Positions 25,475 to 39,065 are shown, numbered from the stretch's first letter. The stretch is DNA of 64,000 bases from Takakia lepidozioides (GCA_030704615.1 CM060732.1:11346001-11410000), one strand, 5' to 3'. Notes: a model not told the origin generated them from the letters alone. Made by a program: numbers and translations.

Positions 25475-25910
25475 AGCACAGGCCGTCCCAGGTCACACGG
25501 GCCACCACAGACCAGCACAGGCCCACACAGCTCACAGGCCACAGCCTATCACAGCCCACAACAGTCACAGGGTCACAGCCCCACAGGCCGCAGCCTATCA
25601 CAGCTCGCCACAAACTGTCACAGCCCGTCACAGCACGCCCCACAGGCCACTGGGCACAGCCTGTCCACAGCCCGTCATAGCCCTCACACACAGCCCCAAA
25701 GGCCATGGGCACAGCCTGTCCACAGCCCGTCACAGCCCCACAGGCCACTGGGCACAGCCTGTTACAACACACAGCCCCGCACAGCCCGTCCAACACAGCC
25801 CCACAGGCCACTGGGCACAGCCTGTCACAGCCCCTCACAACCCGTCACACAGCCCCGAAGGCCACTGGCGCAGCCCGTGACAGCCCCAAAAGGCCACCGG
25901 CACAGCCCCA
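25475..25910. repeat. Degenerate minisatellite (CACAGCCC/CACAGGCC motifs) in the gypsy 5' leader
   Basis: Dozens of CACAG-based units, and repeated CCCCACAGGCCACTGGGCACAGCCTGT. Confidence 0.85.
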
Positions 25911-27418
25911 TCCATGGCCGCTCTAGCGTTTAGCCATTTCTCCAGGGGTTTTAGCCACGCCAAGCTAGGGTTTGTGTCTCTTGGACTCTAGGCTTCTTCC
26001 ACCGAGCTATGGCGGCTGTGAGGAATTAGCAAGGTATTCTTGCTCTTTCGGCTCCCACACATCACCATAGTAGCCCTAAGCCATGAGGTGGTTGCCACAA
26101 ACCAAGCCTTCTTTCTTACTTAGCCTCCCCAAACACGCCACTAAACTCAATGGCAAACAACCAAGCCCTGCTGGTTCCCAGCCCTTGTGAGCACTCATTC
26201 AAGCACTCTCCTTGGCCATAGCATCTGTCTTAGAGCCTATTCCAGCCCCCTACACCTGCTGCTTCAAGAGTTGCGCTCCCTTCAAGCTTGAAGTTGAAAA
26301 CCCCAACTCACATAGGCCCTACAAGTGCTTTTCTTTCACTCCAAGTGGAAACCAGCCCTAGACCTTCTGTTCTAGCTCTCTAAAGCTTGAAAACAAGAGC
26401 CTCAATGGGCTGAAGGCATGCTCCACACATGCCCCACTCTCACCATAAGAGAATCAGCTCCTTTGCTTCATTTCTTGCACCCACAAACCTGAAAATACAA
26501 GCTTCGCAGGCTGAAAGCATGCTCCACATGCCCTACATGGAAACCAGCCCCTTCATTCCTTTCTTGCACTCCCACACCTGAAAGTGCAAGCCTTCACCAG
26601 GCTGATAGCATGCTCCACACATGCATTGCCCTCACATAAGGGAAGTCAGCCCTTCCCTCTTCCTTGCTTTAGCTTGAAGATGGAAGCTTCAATGAGCTGA
26701 ATACATGCTCCACACATGCAACCTCTTCACACACGAGATATCAGCCCCCTTTCGTGGCTCCTTGGCTCCTTGATGCTCTCTAAGACAAGACTAAGCACTC
26801 CACAGCCTTTGTCAAGCTCCTGAAACCCTAAGGCTTACATTTCCAGCCACAAGACACTTCTCTTGTGGTGCAAGAGCTCTTCTTCCAAGCTCTGAAATCC
26901 TAGGTGCACATTCCATGGCCTTGCCGCACCTCTTAGCTCCTGTTCCAGCCCTGCTCTTGCCATGACAAGAGCCCTCTCAATGCTGAAGCTCGAGATTGAA
27001 ACCTAATCTCACCATACTCCACAAAGTGCACTGATTTGCCCCAAGCCAAATCAGCCCTTTTGCTTGGTCTTGCAATCCTTCACACAATGAAAGCTCGCAT
27101 TCCCAAGTCCAGTTCTCAGCTTTGCCACCAAAGCCACTATAACCTGCTCTTGACTGGTCCTCTTCCCAATCGTGCTTGCTCATGCATGTACACAATCTGA
27201 AACCATCAAGGTGCTCTGGAATTACCTGCAGCATGGTGCTTTCATCTCTGACTGAAGATCGAATGCCAAGGTCTACCACCATCGTAACCCACATCGCCCC
27301 CGCTTCTCACAACCAATTAGCTCCACGGTGCTCCTTGCACTAACAACTTGGTTTCTCTCATTCTCAAGCAAAAACCACAAGTGCTACAACTAACTCGTAT
27401 CTGGCACTCAGAGATACG

Positions 27419-27803
27419 AGCTCATCTTTCTCGAGTTGAGCCTCACTGCGCCTAGCTATGGCACTGTAGTGTGGATTCCCCATGGCGTGGGTTGCACTTG
27501 GCTTGACTTGTATTTGAGTGATTGAGGTTATATATGCAATGATTTTATGCTTCAGCTTTGTGAGCTCGCATGAGCTTGTGCTTGTATTCTTCTTCTTTAT
27601 CCCCAACCTCATCTTTCTCGAGTGATAAAGAAGAAGAATACAAGCACAAGCTCATGCGAGCTCACAAAGCTGAAGCATAAACTCATGCATATATAACCTC
27701 AGCACTCAAATACAAGTCAAGCCAAGTGCACCCCACGCCATGGGGAATCCACACTACGGCACCATAGCTAGGCGCGGTGAGGCTCAACTCGAGAAAGATG
27801 AGC
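27419..27803. repeat. Long inverted repeat (arms about 180 bp, loop about 22 bp)
   Basis: 27419-27601 is nearly the reverse complement of 27624-27803 (e.g. GCTTGTGCTTGTATTCTTCTTCTTTATC / GATAAAGAAGAAGAATACAAGCACAAGC). Confidence 0.92.
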
Positions 27804-29085
27804 CTCTCGCGCTTGCCGCGAAGATAACCACTCCAGGGCCTAAATTTGCCTTGACCCTGGATTGACACTTGGGCCAATCCCAAATGTCAATATGTCAAAG
27901 CTAGCTATTTCCTAGCTAGTTTTACACTAGTGGTAAAATAACTTGACAACATGCTCCCCTTCCTGCCATGGTGATAGAGCCACACAAATGGACTCCCTTC
28001 CCGCCACGGTGCAATTTCAAGCAACGGAACGGGATTTCCGCCGAAACGTGATTTGGAGATGGCCTAAGACAAGTGGCGCAGGTTCTGGCCTTGTAGTCGG
28101 GTTGTTCACACTTCAATGCACACATTTCATACACATTCAATCATATGCCCAAGATCACAACGTCCGTACTGTCTTGTGAACAAACCTATATTTACAGTAT
28201 GATTGTAATTCAGTACCAAAGGGCATATCCTTCAGCCTTGACGTCTTTGCGATCTTCTTCTGTGACGCCTTCTTCATAACTTGAAAATGGAAAAGCAGCT
28301 ACACCTCAAATTAATTGCAAGGCCACTCAATGGCACTAAGAACGTTTCGGGCATGCCGTTAGAAAACTAGACGGGCAAAAACCCATTCAGCGCCTCACCT
28401 TGCGTGGATACTTGGTAATTGATACCAGAAGGGCATGCCCGTATGCACGCTGCATCGTTCCTCCATCCAGCACATTCTGTAAATGTTGAATGAGCAAGAC
28501 CCCGATGTTACACCCTTCTGAGAAGCCACTACGCGCGCTCAAGTATACGAAGGCCTTGCCGTTCAGGTTTTCGCATTCCCACTTCCCGCCATGTCCGACG
28601 AAGCACTTGCATCCCTGTCTCTGCCAGGTGGAGGCAGCACGTATTAAAATATCTATTCCCCCAGGCCACATTTTGTTACCTCTTTTTGTGAAAGCCACGT
28701 CAGCAAATGTGTTGCCGAATCAATTGGTGCAATGAATGCACAGTGGTTCATGAGTCGTTGAGTCGACTACATATTCACTTTAATGAATAAATTACTCTTT
28801 ATTCCCATTTAATGATTAAGGCAAGGAATTTGTAGTCTCATGTAACAGTAATCACAAACCACTTGAATTTTGGCTTTTTCAAATTATATGTATTTACACA
28901 ATTCGTAAAATAGCCCGGAATTCTGCTACGACTCCGGAGTCGTTGACCCCACTTTTGTCCGCCGTCTGAAATGCCCCCGTGGGCCCACATTGTCTGTTTC
29001 GACTCTCCAGTAGTCCCGTTTACTACCAAGTGGTTCCCGGAGTGGTCGTGGACATGCAGTCGATTCGGAACAGACACGAATGCTT

Positions 29086-29616
29086 CTAGTGACACCAACG
29101 GGCTTGCACCGTTCTCGGGGTTACTACTCCCTATATATACTTTTGTGACTGTCCGCGGGGGTTTCACAAACAACCATGCTTTTTTATGGCGAACCACCAC
29201 GAAGACCCTCGACTCCCGGTGATGAGTCGCGGTGAGTCTTGGCCCACCCACCACGGCCCCATTGGACCGTGATGAGTCCCAAGACCCCCCACGACTCCCA
29301 CCTCGAGGTCTCCGCCCCATGGTTAGTCCTATGCCACCCCCACTAAGTCCCGCTAAGCTATCACCACCCCTTGTGGAGCCAACCCCACCGCAACCCGGTG
29401 TGTGGGGCTCCACCTAGTGAGCGCCTCCGCCTCCTTGAGTGCCTTGGGCACTCCAGGATGCTTCAGTCCCCCCATACCTATCGCTGCCACTGCCCCCACC
29501 ACAGGGGCAACCCCTCCTGCATCCCGACCCCCTGCCCCCAAGGCAAAGGGCCGCGACACACACCCCTACCGACAAGGAGTTGATGTCCTCATCGACTTGT
29601 CCATTTTGTAGAAACA
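29086..29616 (-). mobile_element. Partial LTR (TGTCGCG family) with adjacent PPT and 3' internal sequence
   Basis: Similar to 40217-40693 and ends in CGCGACA at about 29558. The next bases read TAGGGGTGTG|TGTCGCG on the - strand; the same junction occurs at 41360-41425 on +. Confidence 0.85.
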
Positions 29617-29619
29617 AAG

Positions 29620-32600
29620 CAGGTGCAACGGCCTATGGTGGACAGAAGGCAACCTTTGATGGAGTGTGTCTTAATTGCGGGGAGCCCGGGCACATGGCTA
29701 AGAAGTGCACGAAGCCCAGTCAATTGAACATGACTTGGGCAACCACGGAACTATCTGAAGATACCATCAGCCGCTTGATGGAAGCGGTGGTTGCCAAGAC
29801 TTGCAAGGTAGGCAACTACTCTTGTGAGTTGTATCAAGAAACTGGCCCCCTGCGTAAAAGAAGTCAGTTATTGTTCGTGAGTGGGATAATTTCCGGAACT
29901 AATATGTCGTTATTGGTGGACATATGAGCGTCGCACTCTTTCATGACACCGGCAACGGCATGAAAGCTGGGACTCCCGACAAGTGATGTGGGGGCCTCTA
30001 TCGAGGTGTGTTCTGCCAAAGGAGAACCAAAATTTGCGACAAGGTTGGCGTTCGATGTTCCTCTTCAGCTAGGGAGTTGGGAGGGACGTGAGAATTTCAC
30101 CATTTGCGAGATCGATGGAGTGGATCTCATTTTGGGGATAACCTTTTTGAGCAAATCCGGACCGGTCATAGATGGCCGCAAGAAAGTAGACACGCTACCG
30201 TGTGGGAATGGTGGCGAAATTTTACGAGTGTCGGAAATGCCCAACCCCGTGGGAGGGCAAATAAACCTGCTCTCAGCAAGGGAGTGGGCCGTGTAGGAGC
30301 CACACGAGCCCCAGTTTTTGCTTTACGTAGGACAAGTGAAGGGAGAAGGCGATAGGGAGCCGAGCCCAGATTGGATCAAGGGGATCTTGGAGAAATACCA
30401 AGATGTGATGCCGGAGGATTTACCAAGCGGCTTGTCACCACGAAGAGGAGTTGACCACAAGATTGAGGTGATACTGGGATCGGAGCCACCTGCCAAGGCG
30501 CCCTACCGGTTGAGCCACAAAAAGTTGGTCGAGCTGAAGACTTAGCTCAAGGATCTAATGTCAAAGGGGTACATCCGGCCAAGTAAGTCACCTTACGGAG
30601 CCCCGGTGCTATTCGTAGACAAGAAGGATGGGACGCTGCGGATATGTGTCGATTACTGGGCTCTGAATAAGGTGACTATCAAAAACCGGTACCATTTGCC
30701 AAGGATCGACGACCTTTTCGATCAGTTGGCTAGAGTGAAGTATTTCAGCCGGATCGATTTGCGCTCCGGCTACCATCAAATTTGAGTGGCGGAAGGAGAT
30801 GAGGAGAAGACCGCGTACAGGACAATGTATGGTTCATATGAGTTCTTGGTGATGCCTTTTGGGCTCACCAACGCTCCCGCAACCTTTAGCACGCTAATGA
30901 ACAACCTTTTCCAGGAGTGGTTGGATGACTTTGTGATCGTGTACATCGACAACATCTTGGTGTACTCGAAAACAAATGAAGAGCACCTGGAGCACTTCAA
31001 AAGGGTGTTCCAGAAATTGTGGGAAGGGAAGCTGTATGCCAAAGCTTCAAAGTGCGAATTCAGGCTCACAAAAGTGGAGTTCCTGGGGCATGTGATTACA
31101 CAGGATGGGATCAAAATGGATGACAGAAAGGTGAGGGCGATCTTGGACTGGGAGCCTCCGACTTCGATCCCGGGAGTGCGATCCTTCCTAGGACTCACCT
31201 CCTATTGCCGAAAGTATGTGAGAAATTTCGCCAGATTGTGGGGCCGTTATCAAATCTTTTGTGTAAATCCAAGGTATGGGTATGGAAAACCTTTTGTGGC
31301 CAAGCTTTTGCCGAGTTGAAGCAGCGGATGGCGGAAACTCCAGTCTTGAAAATCCCGGAGTTCGACCGTCCGTTTGAGATTCATACAGATGCATCGGATT
31401 TTGCGATTGGGGGTGTACTCATGCAAGATGGACGTCCAGTGGCTTACGAAATTAAGAAACTGAATGAAGTGGAGCAACGATGGCCAACACACGAGAAAGA
31501 TATGAAGGCGGTGGTGCATTGCCTTGAGCTTTGGCGCCACTATGTTGATTCCAACCCGGTGAAGGTATTCACGGACAATGTCATAGTGAAGTATTTTGTT
31601 ACGCAGCCTAAGTTGTCCCCAAAACAACTTAGGTGGCAAGACACTTTAGCGGTGTTCGACGTGGATATCCAGTACAAACCGGGACAAGACAATGTGGTGG
31701 CCGATGCCTTAAGTAGAAAGCAGCAGCTTATGCTGGTATACAGGGGCGAGACGGCGTTCCAAATGAAGATCCGGAAGGTGTAACGGAAGGATGAGATGGC
31801 GAAGTCTGTGATGCGGGACTTGAGGATGGGGGTGAAATCGCAATTCCACTTGCAAGATGGACTGCTCCGGTACAAGCAAAAGCGTCTCTATGTGTCGAAG
31901 GAAGGGATCAGAGATAGTCTCTTGAGAGAATGCCATGATGGCCCGCTTGCAGGCCACGGTGGAGCCAAGTGCACCACGGCACTCCTGAAGAAAGAGTATT
32001 TCTGGCCCAAACTGAGGGAGGAAGCCGAGGAGTATGTCAAGACATGCACCACATGCCAACAAAACCGGAGCGAGTACAAAAAGCAAACGGGGCTGTTACA
32101 ACTCTTGCCTGATTCCAAAGGGGTCTTGGGAAAGTGTCTCAATGGATTTTATGACTGCTATGCCGCTGTCAAAAGGATTCAGTAAAATGGGCCATTTCAT
32201 TCCTACCTAGGAGACGGCAACGGCACAGGAGACGGGACGACTTTACTTTGTCCACGTCTTCAAGCATCATGGACTCCCGAAGGATATTGTCTCGGACCAC
32301 AATCCAAAGTTCACAAGTAAATTTTGGAGGGCACTCTGGAAGAAAATGGGGACGAGGCTCAAGATGAGCACCGCCTTCTGACCTACGACGGACGGCCAAA
32401 CAGAAAGGGTGAATTTCGTGGTAAAGCAGATCTTGCGGAATTACGTGTCGGCAGACCAATCGGACTGGGTGGAGCACTTGGACGCGGTAGAGTTCTGTTA
32501 CAATAACACAAAACACTCCGCAACGGGAGTTTCCCCTTTTGTATTGGTGTATGGAAAAGCACCTCTGGTACCGACAAGTTGGGCCGCCCAAGACATTGAA

Positions 32601-33215
32601 GAACCGGCAGCAGCAGCGGTGTTGGAAGAACGCGAGCGTTTGTTGAAGCTCGCAAAGTACAACATTGCCAAAGCTAGGAAACGGTATGAATGACAGACAA
32701 ATCGGAAGCAAAGGGAAGTTAAGTTTGAGGCAGACACGAAGGTCTGGTTGAACATCAAGAATTTCCGACTACCTCCGGAAGTAAGTCCGAAGATCGTACC
32801 TCCGTATGCGGGACATTTTTGTATCCGAAAGGTTATGAATGAGGATGTGTATGAATTGGAGCTGCCGGCAAATAGCAAGGTGCATCCGGTATTCCACATC
32901 TCTCTTTTGAAGCCTTACTTCAAAGATGAAGCGCATCCGAATCGGCATCAAGTGTTGCGTCCTCCACCTGTGCTGTGGGATCATGAAAATGAACATGAGT
33001 ACGAGGTGGAGGCAGTGCTTAAGTCGAGGAGGTTCAAGAATCGAGAAACGAAGTATCTCGTGAAATGGACGGGTTATCATCATGTGGAGGCATCTTGGGT
33101 GCGTGCCTCAGAAATGGGAAACGCATCCGAGACAGTTGCAACTTTCGAATGACGACCTCAAAAGCAGAAGAAGTGTTGATGGGGACATCAACCTTGGATC
33201 GTGGGGGGGGGGGGG
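29620..33215 (+). mobile_element. Decayed Ty3/gypsy chromovirus internal region (gag knuckle, protease, RT, RNase H, integrase, chromodomain, PPT)
   Basis: CLNCGEPGHMAKKC; LLVD; [11 protein letters not shown]; VMPFGLTNAP; VYIDN; HTDASDFAIG; HDGPLAGH..C.TC; YEVEAVL..YLVKWTGY...ASW. G-run PPT at 33203-33215. Many stops and frameshifts. Confidence 0.93.
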
Positions 33216-34066
33216 AATGCATGGCTAGCCCGGCTTAGCTAGTTCAGGAATCCATTTGCAAAAACTTGTATTGTACAAATTTTGTTGTAAATGAAATGGT
33301 TTCCAAATATTGTGTTTCCTATCTTATTTGGAATGGTGATGCATGGTATGGTTGGCTAGTGTGTAGAATGCATGCTAGCTTACAAAGTGAGAGAGGTAAA
33401 TTGGATTAATCGTGTGTTTGTGTAGTGTTCGGGTGACTCCCATCCAAGGGGCAAAGAAACTTGCACCTTCGTTGGGAGTTTCACGTGCTAGTGCGTATCT
33501 GGCGCGTGCGCGTACTATAACTGCGCTACCGAGGGGGTTGCCTTGTAGTGCGGGGTAACGCGGAAGCTACGTGCTTCCGTTCACGTACTATAATCGTGTA
33601 GCATCGGGATGAAGTCGTAGTGCGGCTTTGGCGTGTTCCCGTACCTCAAGCCAATTTTCCAAGGTGGACCCAATTGTAGTGATTGGGGCACACGGTTGGT
33701 TCAAGGTTATCTTCCTAGTCAAAAAAGGGTTCAAGACGAACCCTTGCTCAAGGTGATGCCAAAAGCGGCATCACCAGCGGTTACAAGCAAATGTTGTTGC
33801 AGTAAGGCGATTTTATCCTGGGGGAGGATCGTTCCTTGGCCCTGAAGTGGGCCAAGAAAAGTGCATTGGGAGAGCCTGCACCGTTCGTCTGCACCACCTC
33901 GCGAAAGTTTAGGATCGTCTAGCTTTAGTGAGCAAATTGTCAGTGAGATTGAACTTGAGAGACATGTAGATGTTGTTGCACCATCTGAGGGTATCAATGT
34001 TGCAGAGGTGTTTTACAAGTTCAACTAAATAGTTTTTATGCCCAATCACGTTTCTGAAAACCTTAT

Positions 34067-35450
34067 GTGTGCTCTTCCCTTTGCTGGACATTATTCACAG
34101 TCAATGATGGCGGAGTTATTAACGTTGACAAACCGCAAGTGATGAGGTGTATAATCTGTCATGGTGCATATATGAGTTCAGATCTTTTAGCTCTTCGCAC
34201 TCGTAGCAGAAAATGCTTGATTACTTACTTCAAGTCAAATGGTATTACTGCCATGAGAAAACATGTTGAGACTGAGCACTCACACTTAGGTAGTAGACAC
34301 GATGAAGATGTGAGCAGCAGGGCAAATAATCTTTTGGAACGACAACCTGCAAAGAAACACCCAAAAGTCACACCTGGTACAATCTCCAAGTTCTTTTCTT
34401 CAATAGACATTTAAAAAAATGATGCACCCACACAAAAGTCTTTCCTTCAGAATCTTCTTCTGTTTGTGATTAAACAATACTTGCCGTTGAGGACAGTATA
34501 ATCAGTGTGGCTGCAAAGGTTGGCATTGGGCTTGTGTCCAAGCGTTGTGTTTCTAAGATGATCAGTGTTGTTGACAAAATTAGAGAAGTATGTCATTCCA
34601 GTATTTCGTCGTATATCACAACAACAGCCACCTTCGACTTATGGATGTCCAAAGGTGCGCATGATATTTTCACTGTTGTCGTTAATTTTCTATCCTCCGA
34701 ATGGGAACCTAGGCATGTGACAATTGGTTTATTTGAAGTAAATCACACTGCTGGACAGGCCATGGCGATGCAGCTGCAAAATCTGCACATTAAAAAATTG
34801 CTTCGCACATGCTATGTCTAAGGTTTGTCATTATGCAAGCACCGATGAGAAAGTCTGTCGACGGTTCTCTTATGTGTCCATCAAAGCTGCTCAAAGTGAC
34901 ATACAAAAATGTATCACCTGGCCTAAGAAATCCGGAAAAGACCTACAAGCATGGGATGTTGCTTGTATTACTAAGGGATTCCGTCCAAGAAAGCTCAACA
35001 CTCCTGTGAAAATCGGGTAATCAGTTGTTTCATAGAATTTCAAAAATTTCTAGATCACATCATTTTTGTGTTGATGGGGCTAAATAATTCAAATGTGGCT
35101 TTGTGTTGCCTTATGTATGTAAATGTGATTGTGGATCTGAGTTGTATTAATTTCTAATTGGTGTCAACATTCTTGTGGGATGCTTGGATTTGTAAGCCGT
35201 CAAGATCCTCTTCGGTTTCGAGCAGCCATCAATCACTGCTACAGCCATGCAGACAATTATAATCACAAATTGTGTCCTCAACCAAAGCAAATGACACTAG
35301 TTATTATCAGATGCTTTGAATTCAGCCATAGCCTTGGTTGTTAAATATCAGAGTGACATTGATGCAAGAATTGTAGATAGCCCTTGCAATTCGCGCACTT
35401 TTAGTGATCAAGTGAATTGCATTGCATTTCACATCAAGGCCTTTTTGGAA
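34067..35450 (+). pseudogene. hAT-like transposase remnant with BED-type zinc finger
   Basis: MRCIIC...GITAMRKHVETEH; TTATFDLWMS...VVVNFL..W....IGL (first catalytic D region). Fragmented. Confidence 0.72.
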
Positions 35451-35667
35451 TTCCCTAAGCGTGTACATTTACCACTGGTGTGAACGGGTATTGGGTTGAG
35501 TAGTAGAGGGTTGGGTAATATTTTTGACCCAGGTCTGGAGGGAGGGGTAAAGGTGACAACGGTAAACCATATTACCCCTGGTGCGAATGAAAAGCGATAT
35601 CCATGGGATGCCACAGAAGACCCGCTCGCCTTCAAGGTCCAGCTCACTTCACTTGAGAGCAAAAGCC

Positions 35668-36970
35668 ATGGCGGAAAATGCCCTGACTTTATGCAAAGAG
35701 ACTATCGATTTGGTCCGGTGCCTCACGTCCACCAGCCAAGATTTGCAGATCAACAAGCAACAGTGTAAGCTTCTGGCAAAGAAACTCTCAGGAATCCAAG
35801 TGACACTAGACAAGATCCGAGAAATCTCATCTGAAGATGCAAGTGCCAATCGTTTTCATGCTGCAGATCATTGGAAGCAGGCCATCGAGGAGCTTTGTCG
35901 CGTATTGAATGAGGCCAAGGTTCTGATCAAGGACTGTTGCTGCAAGGATCAGTGGCTGAATGCAGCGATCAGGCATGGCGATGAGAAGGAAGATTTTGCG
36001 GGATTCCTCTACGACGTGGACTGGCACACTTGGGTTCTGTGCGACATTTTCTCCCTGGGGATCAGTCAAGCAACGCTCTACCTTTACGCAGAAGCTTGCG
36101 ACGGTAAACTTAGCATCACAGACTCCGACGCTCTGGAGGCAGCGGCAAAGGAGGACCTAGACAGCCTCGAGACTTCCTTGAAGGACCATCATGTTTGTGT
36201 GGCCCCAGATGTCGTCCGGAAATCGCCACTTATTTTGTGGGCGAATGCTGGAGAACTTTGCTGACGGAAAGGAGTTAGGGGACGGTAGCTTTGGGAGGGT
36301 CTATGAAGTTACGTGGCAAGGCGAACAGTACGCAAGGAAGGTATTCTTAGGAACGAAGACCTCTGGAGGTGCGGGGTTTGGACGAAAGTCCACAAAGAAG
36401 AAATCCTCCTCGGCAAGGGAGAACTCATGCTTCAAGAAAGAGGTGGCTGCTCTAGCGGGACTCAATCATCCCCACATCATGCGGCTAGTTTTCTGCTCTC
36501 AGAGCAAGGAGGACAGCCTTCTGATGGAATTGTTGACCACTGACCTCATGGGCCACTTACAAGAGAGAACCACGCCATTTTTGAATCTTCGAGCCGTTGA
36601 CCTCATGCTGCAAATCGCCGAGGGGATGAAATATTTGCATGCCCAAGGAAAAGTTCGCCGTGATCTTAAGTCTCCGAACATGCTGGTCAGATTCGCAGAT
36701 CTTCCACCTTCCCTAGGAGAAGACGCACGCGTGTATGCAAAGGTGGGTGATTTGGGCGCATCAAGGATCAAGAATAACAGTACTAGGTACACCAATCAGA
36801 CTCCCGAGATTGGTTCCAGATTGTGGAAGGCGCCGGAGGTTTTCAGTTTGGAGGATGAAGAAGAGCGTCCTAGCAGGTCTCACCCTTGGACAACAGATGT
36901 TTACAGTTTTGGGATTGTCTGCACTGAGATACTGACAGGAGTGGAGCCATTTGGGCAGGATTTTATCGGG
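35668..36970 (+). pseudogene. Protein kinase with N-terminal HeLo/MCAfunc/MLKL-like helical domain; frameshifted (~36230) and 3'-truncated
   Basis: INKQQCKLLAKKL...EELCRVLNEAKVLIKDC...WL.AAI. Kinase motifs GDGSFGRVY, ARK, RRDLKSPN, DLG, APE, DVYSFG. Confidence 0.8.
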
Positions 36971-37120
36971 AGTGAATATTTTGTCCCCTCTTATTTGTGT
37001 TCATTTTAATCTAGTTTTGTCTCCACATTAATTTTTGCAGTGTGTCTGGTATACATCATCCAACAGTCACTTTTATGTCCATGCAACTTCAATTTTTTCT
37101 ACTGATCCTTCCTTGTGCAG

Positions 37121-38080
37121 GTGAACCCAGAAAATGCGCCTCTGGTGGTTGGGCAATTGCTGGATGATGGCCACCCCAAGGATTTCATCAAGGACCTTAT
37201 CTTGTCTGTCCGCTCTTTACTGCCAGTGGTTGATGAGTGTGAGAAGAGGTAATAAATTGTTCCAGGGTGGCTTTATGTCATTATTAATCCGTTTGTTTGC
37301 TCCTAGCATGATGTCTATGTCACAGTCAACTCTCGGGTTATGCGCAAGATGAAAATGTATGGAAAGAGGGCACATTACTGACATATTAAATGCATGTGGA
37401 AGCTGTTTGTTGTCTCAGGATGAATCAAACTAACAGTTTGATGGGTCGGACAGGAACCAGTTGAGATTGTTGACACAGTTCCTAGAGCATCTTGTGAGTG
37501 AAGGGAGCGAAGATGTGCATGCACATAATGCATTGGGGAAGATCATCGTTGATACAAACAAAGATCCAGAGCTCTTTCTGACCCGAAACGGCTACAATGA
37601 CTCTAAGGTCATTGGTAAATATTGTGGGACAAAGGATTACACACTTGAAGTAATTGCATATAGACGTGGTCAATGTGATGCTGAGCTTGTTGATGTCACA
37701 AACAAGCACAAGCTCTTCAAGGTTCAGGCCAGGTACATCCCAACTCTATTTTCCGTCATTTGTGATTTTGTCTTGTGTTTTGCATGATGTCTTAGAAATG
37801 ATAAAGAAATTACTTGAGTACATCTTGTTGGCGCTTCTTAGGTATGTGGTGGAGCGCATCGATCCTGACCCGTGGAAAAAAGTTATGCACCCAGAGTATC
37901 CAGAATACAGGAAGCAGCTTACTCTTGAGGTGTTGTCTATTGTTCTACCAGAGAGCAAGAACCGAGAGCAGGTGTTAGCCCTGTGTTAGCCCAGGTGTTA
38001 GTGACTTTGAAGGCACACTTGCCCCATGAGTTAGTTGAGCTTTTATAGTCAAGAATGTTTTTCAAAACTCTGCCTTGAGT
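37121..38080 (+). pseudogene. CHC: Clathrin heavy chain internal fragment with introns
   Basis: [31 protein letters not shown]; [27 protein letters not shown]; [20 protein letters not shown]|YVVER. Confidence 0.88.
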
Positions 38081-38189
38081 GGGTAATCACCTCTAAAATG
38101 ATCTCTTTGCACTCTGGTTGCATTCAACGACCATGGGGAGGGAGGCGGGGATCTCAAATGGAAACGGGGGCGAAGAGGGCCAGTGCTCC

Positions 38190-39050
38190 CTTCCTACACT
38201 GTCTGTCCCTTCTGAAGTCAAAAGGACCATGCTTCGCAATGTGATAAGGCCGGTTTTGGAGTACGCATCTTCCATGTGAGTTGACAACTCCAACCATGCC
38301 AAGTCCCTTGAATGCATCCAGGCTGGGGTGCTCTAACAGTGTATGTTAGCGTGCTCTAGAACAGCTATATGGCTGTTCAGGTGCAGTTTTGCATACCTTC
38401 TTTGAGCTCTCCAGGGGGTGAGTTCAAGGTCAGATGGTGGGGTCAGTCAGATACCCTAGATAATCAACTCTATTCCTTGGATACAAGACTATTGTTAAAC
38501 AGTCCAAGTCCTGGCGGAAATAGGTAGAGAAGAGATTTCTAAGGAACTGGATTATCAGCACTCTAGACTTCACTCTGCTAGATGACGGTGAGTTGGCAAC
38601 TGTTAGTATCCAAAGCCTTGTGGGTTTCCCACTGTCGGATGAAAAAGAAGTTAGGGATAAGACAACCCTGAACTTGTTTCCAGTCTGTGACATGGGTAAT
38701 GATGTCCTTAAGGATGACCTGAAGGGCCTTCCTACTCTTTGCCTTAGCCGGAATTCTAAATTAAGGACAGGGGGCCTACCTTTGAACAGCAAGCAGATTC
38801 AGAGATGCAAGGGAAGTTGTAAATGCCCAACGTGTGGGCAACCTGAAGACAATATCCACTTCCTCTTTCATTGTCCACGGTACTCTAGCCAGAAAGGAAC
38901 CCTCTTCAATTGCATCAAAAACATTGAACTGGTATTTCTGTTCAACCACTTCCAAAATCCCGAGGCTGAGCCTAAAGCCTTGGCCCTGTTGGCTACCCAC
39001 ACAGACAACTAGATGATAATGTGTGAAGCCTGGACTAATTGTTTATACCA
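38190..39050 (+). mobile_element. 5'-truncated LINE fragment (RT C-terminal region and zinc knuckle)
   Basis: Similar to 56990-57510 (TML..VIRP.LEY; CTGAACTTGTTTCCAGTC). CPTCGQPEDNIHFLFHC knuckle. Confidence 0.8.
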
Positions 39051-39065
39051 GCTATGCCCCTGTGA

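Larger units (their letters stand above)
4350..27951 (-). mobile_element. Ty3/gypsy LTR retrotransposon with internal C5-DNA methyltransferase and C-terminal PHD finger, split by a MULE insertion; outer boundaries approximate
   Basis: Colinear - strand gag (two CCHC knuckles), protease, DNMT, RT, RNaseH, integrase and PHD. A PPT-like AGGGGGGCGAT lies near 4483-4493. No matching LTR pair could be resolved. Confidence 0.8.

Noticed and set aside
25361-25933. His/Pro/Gln-rich 190-aa ORF
   Set aside because: By-product of the CACAGCCC minisatellite.
27291-27316. Possible PBS (TGGTTGTGAGAAGCGGGGG, - strand) of the DNMT-gypsy
   Set aside because: I could not match it to a tRNA 3' end from memory, and no LTR-terminal CA is adjacent. 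Left unresolved.
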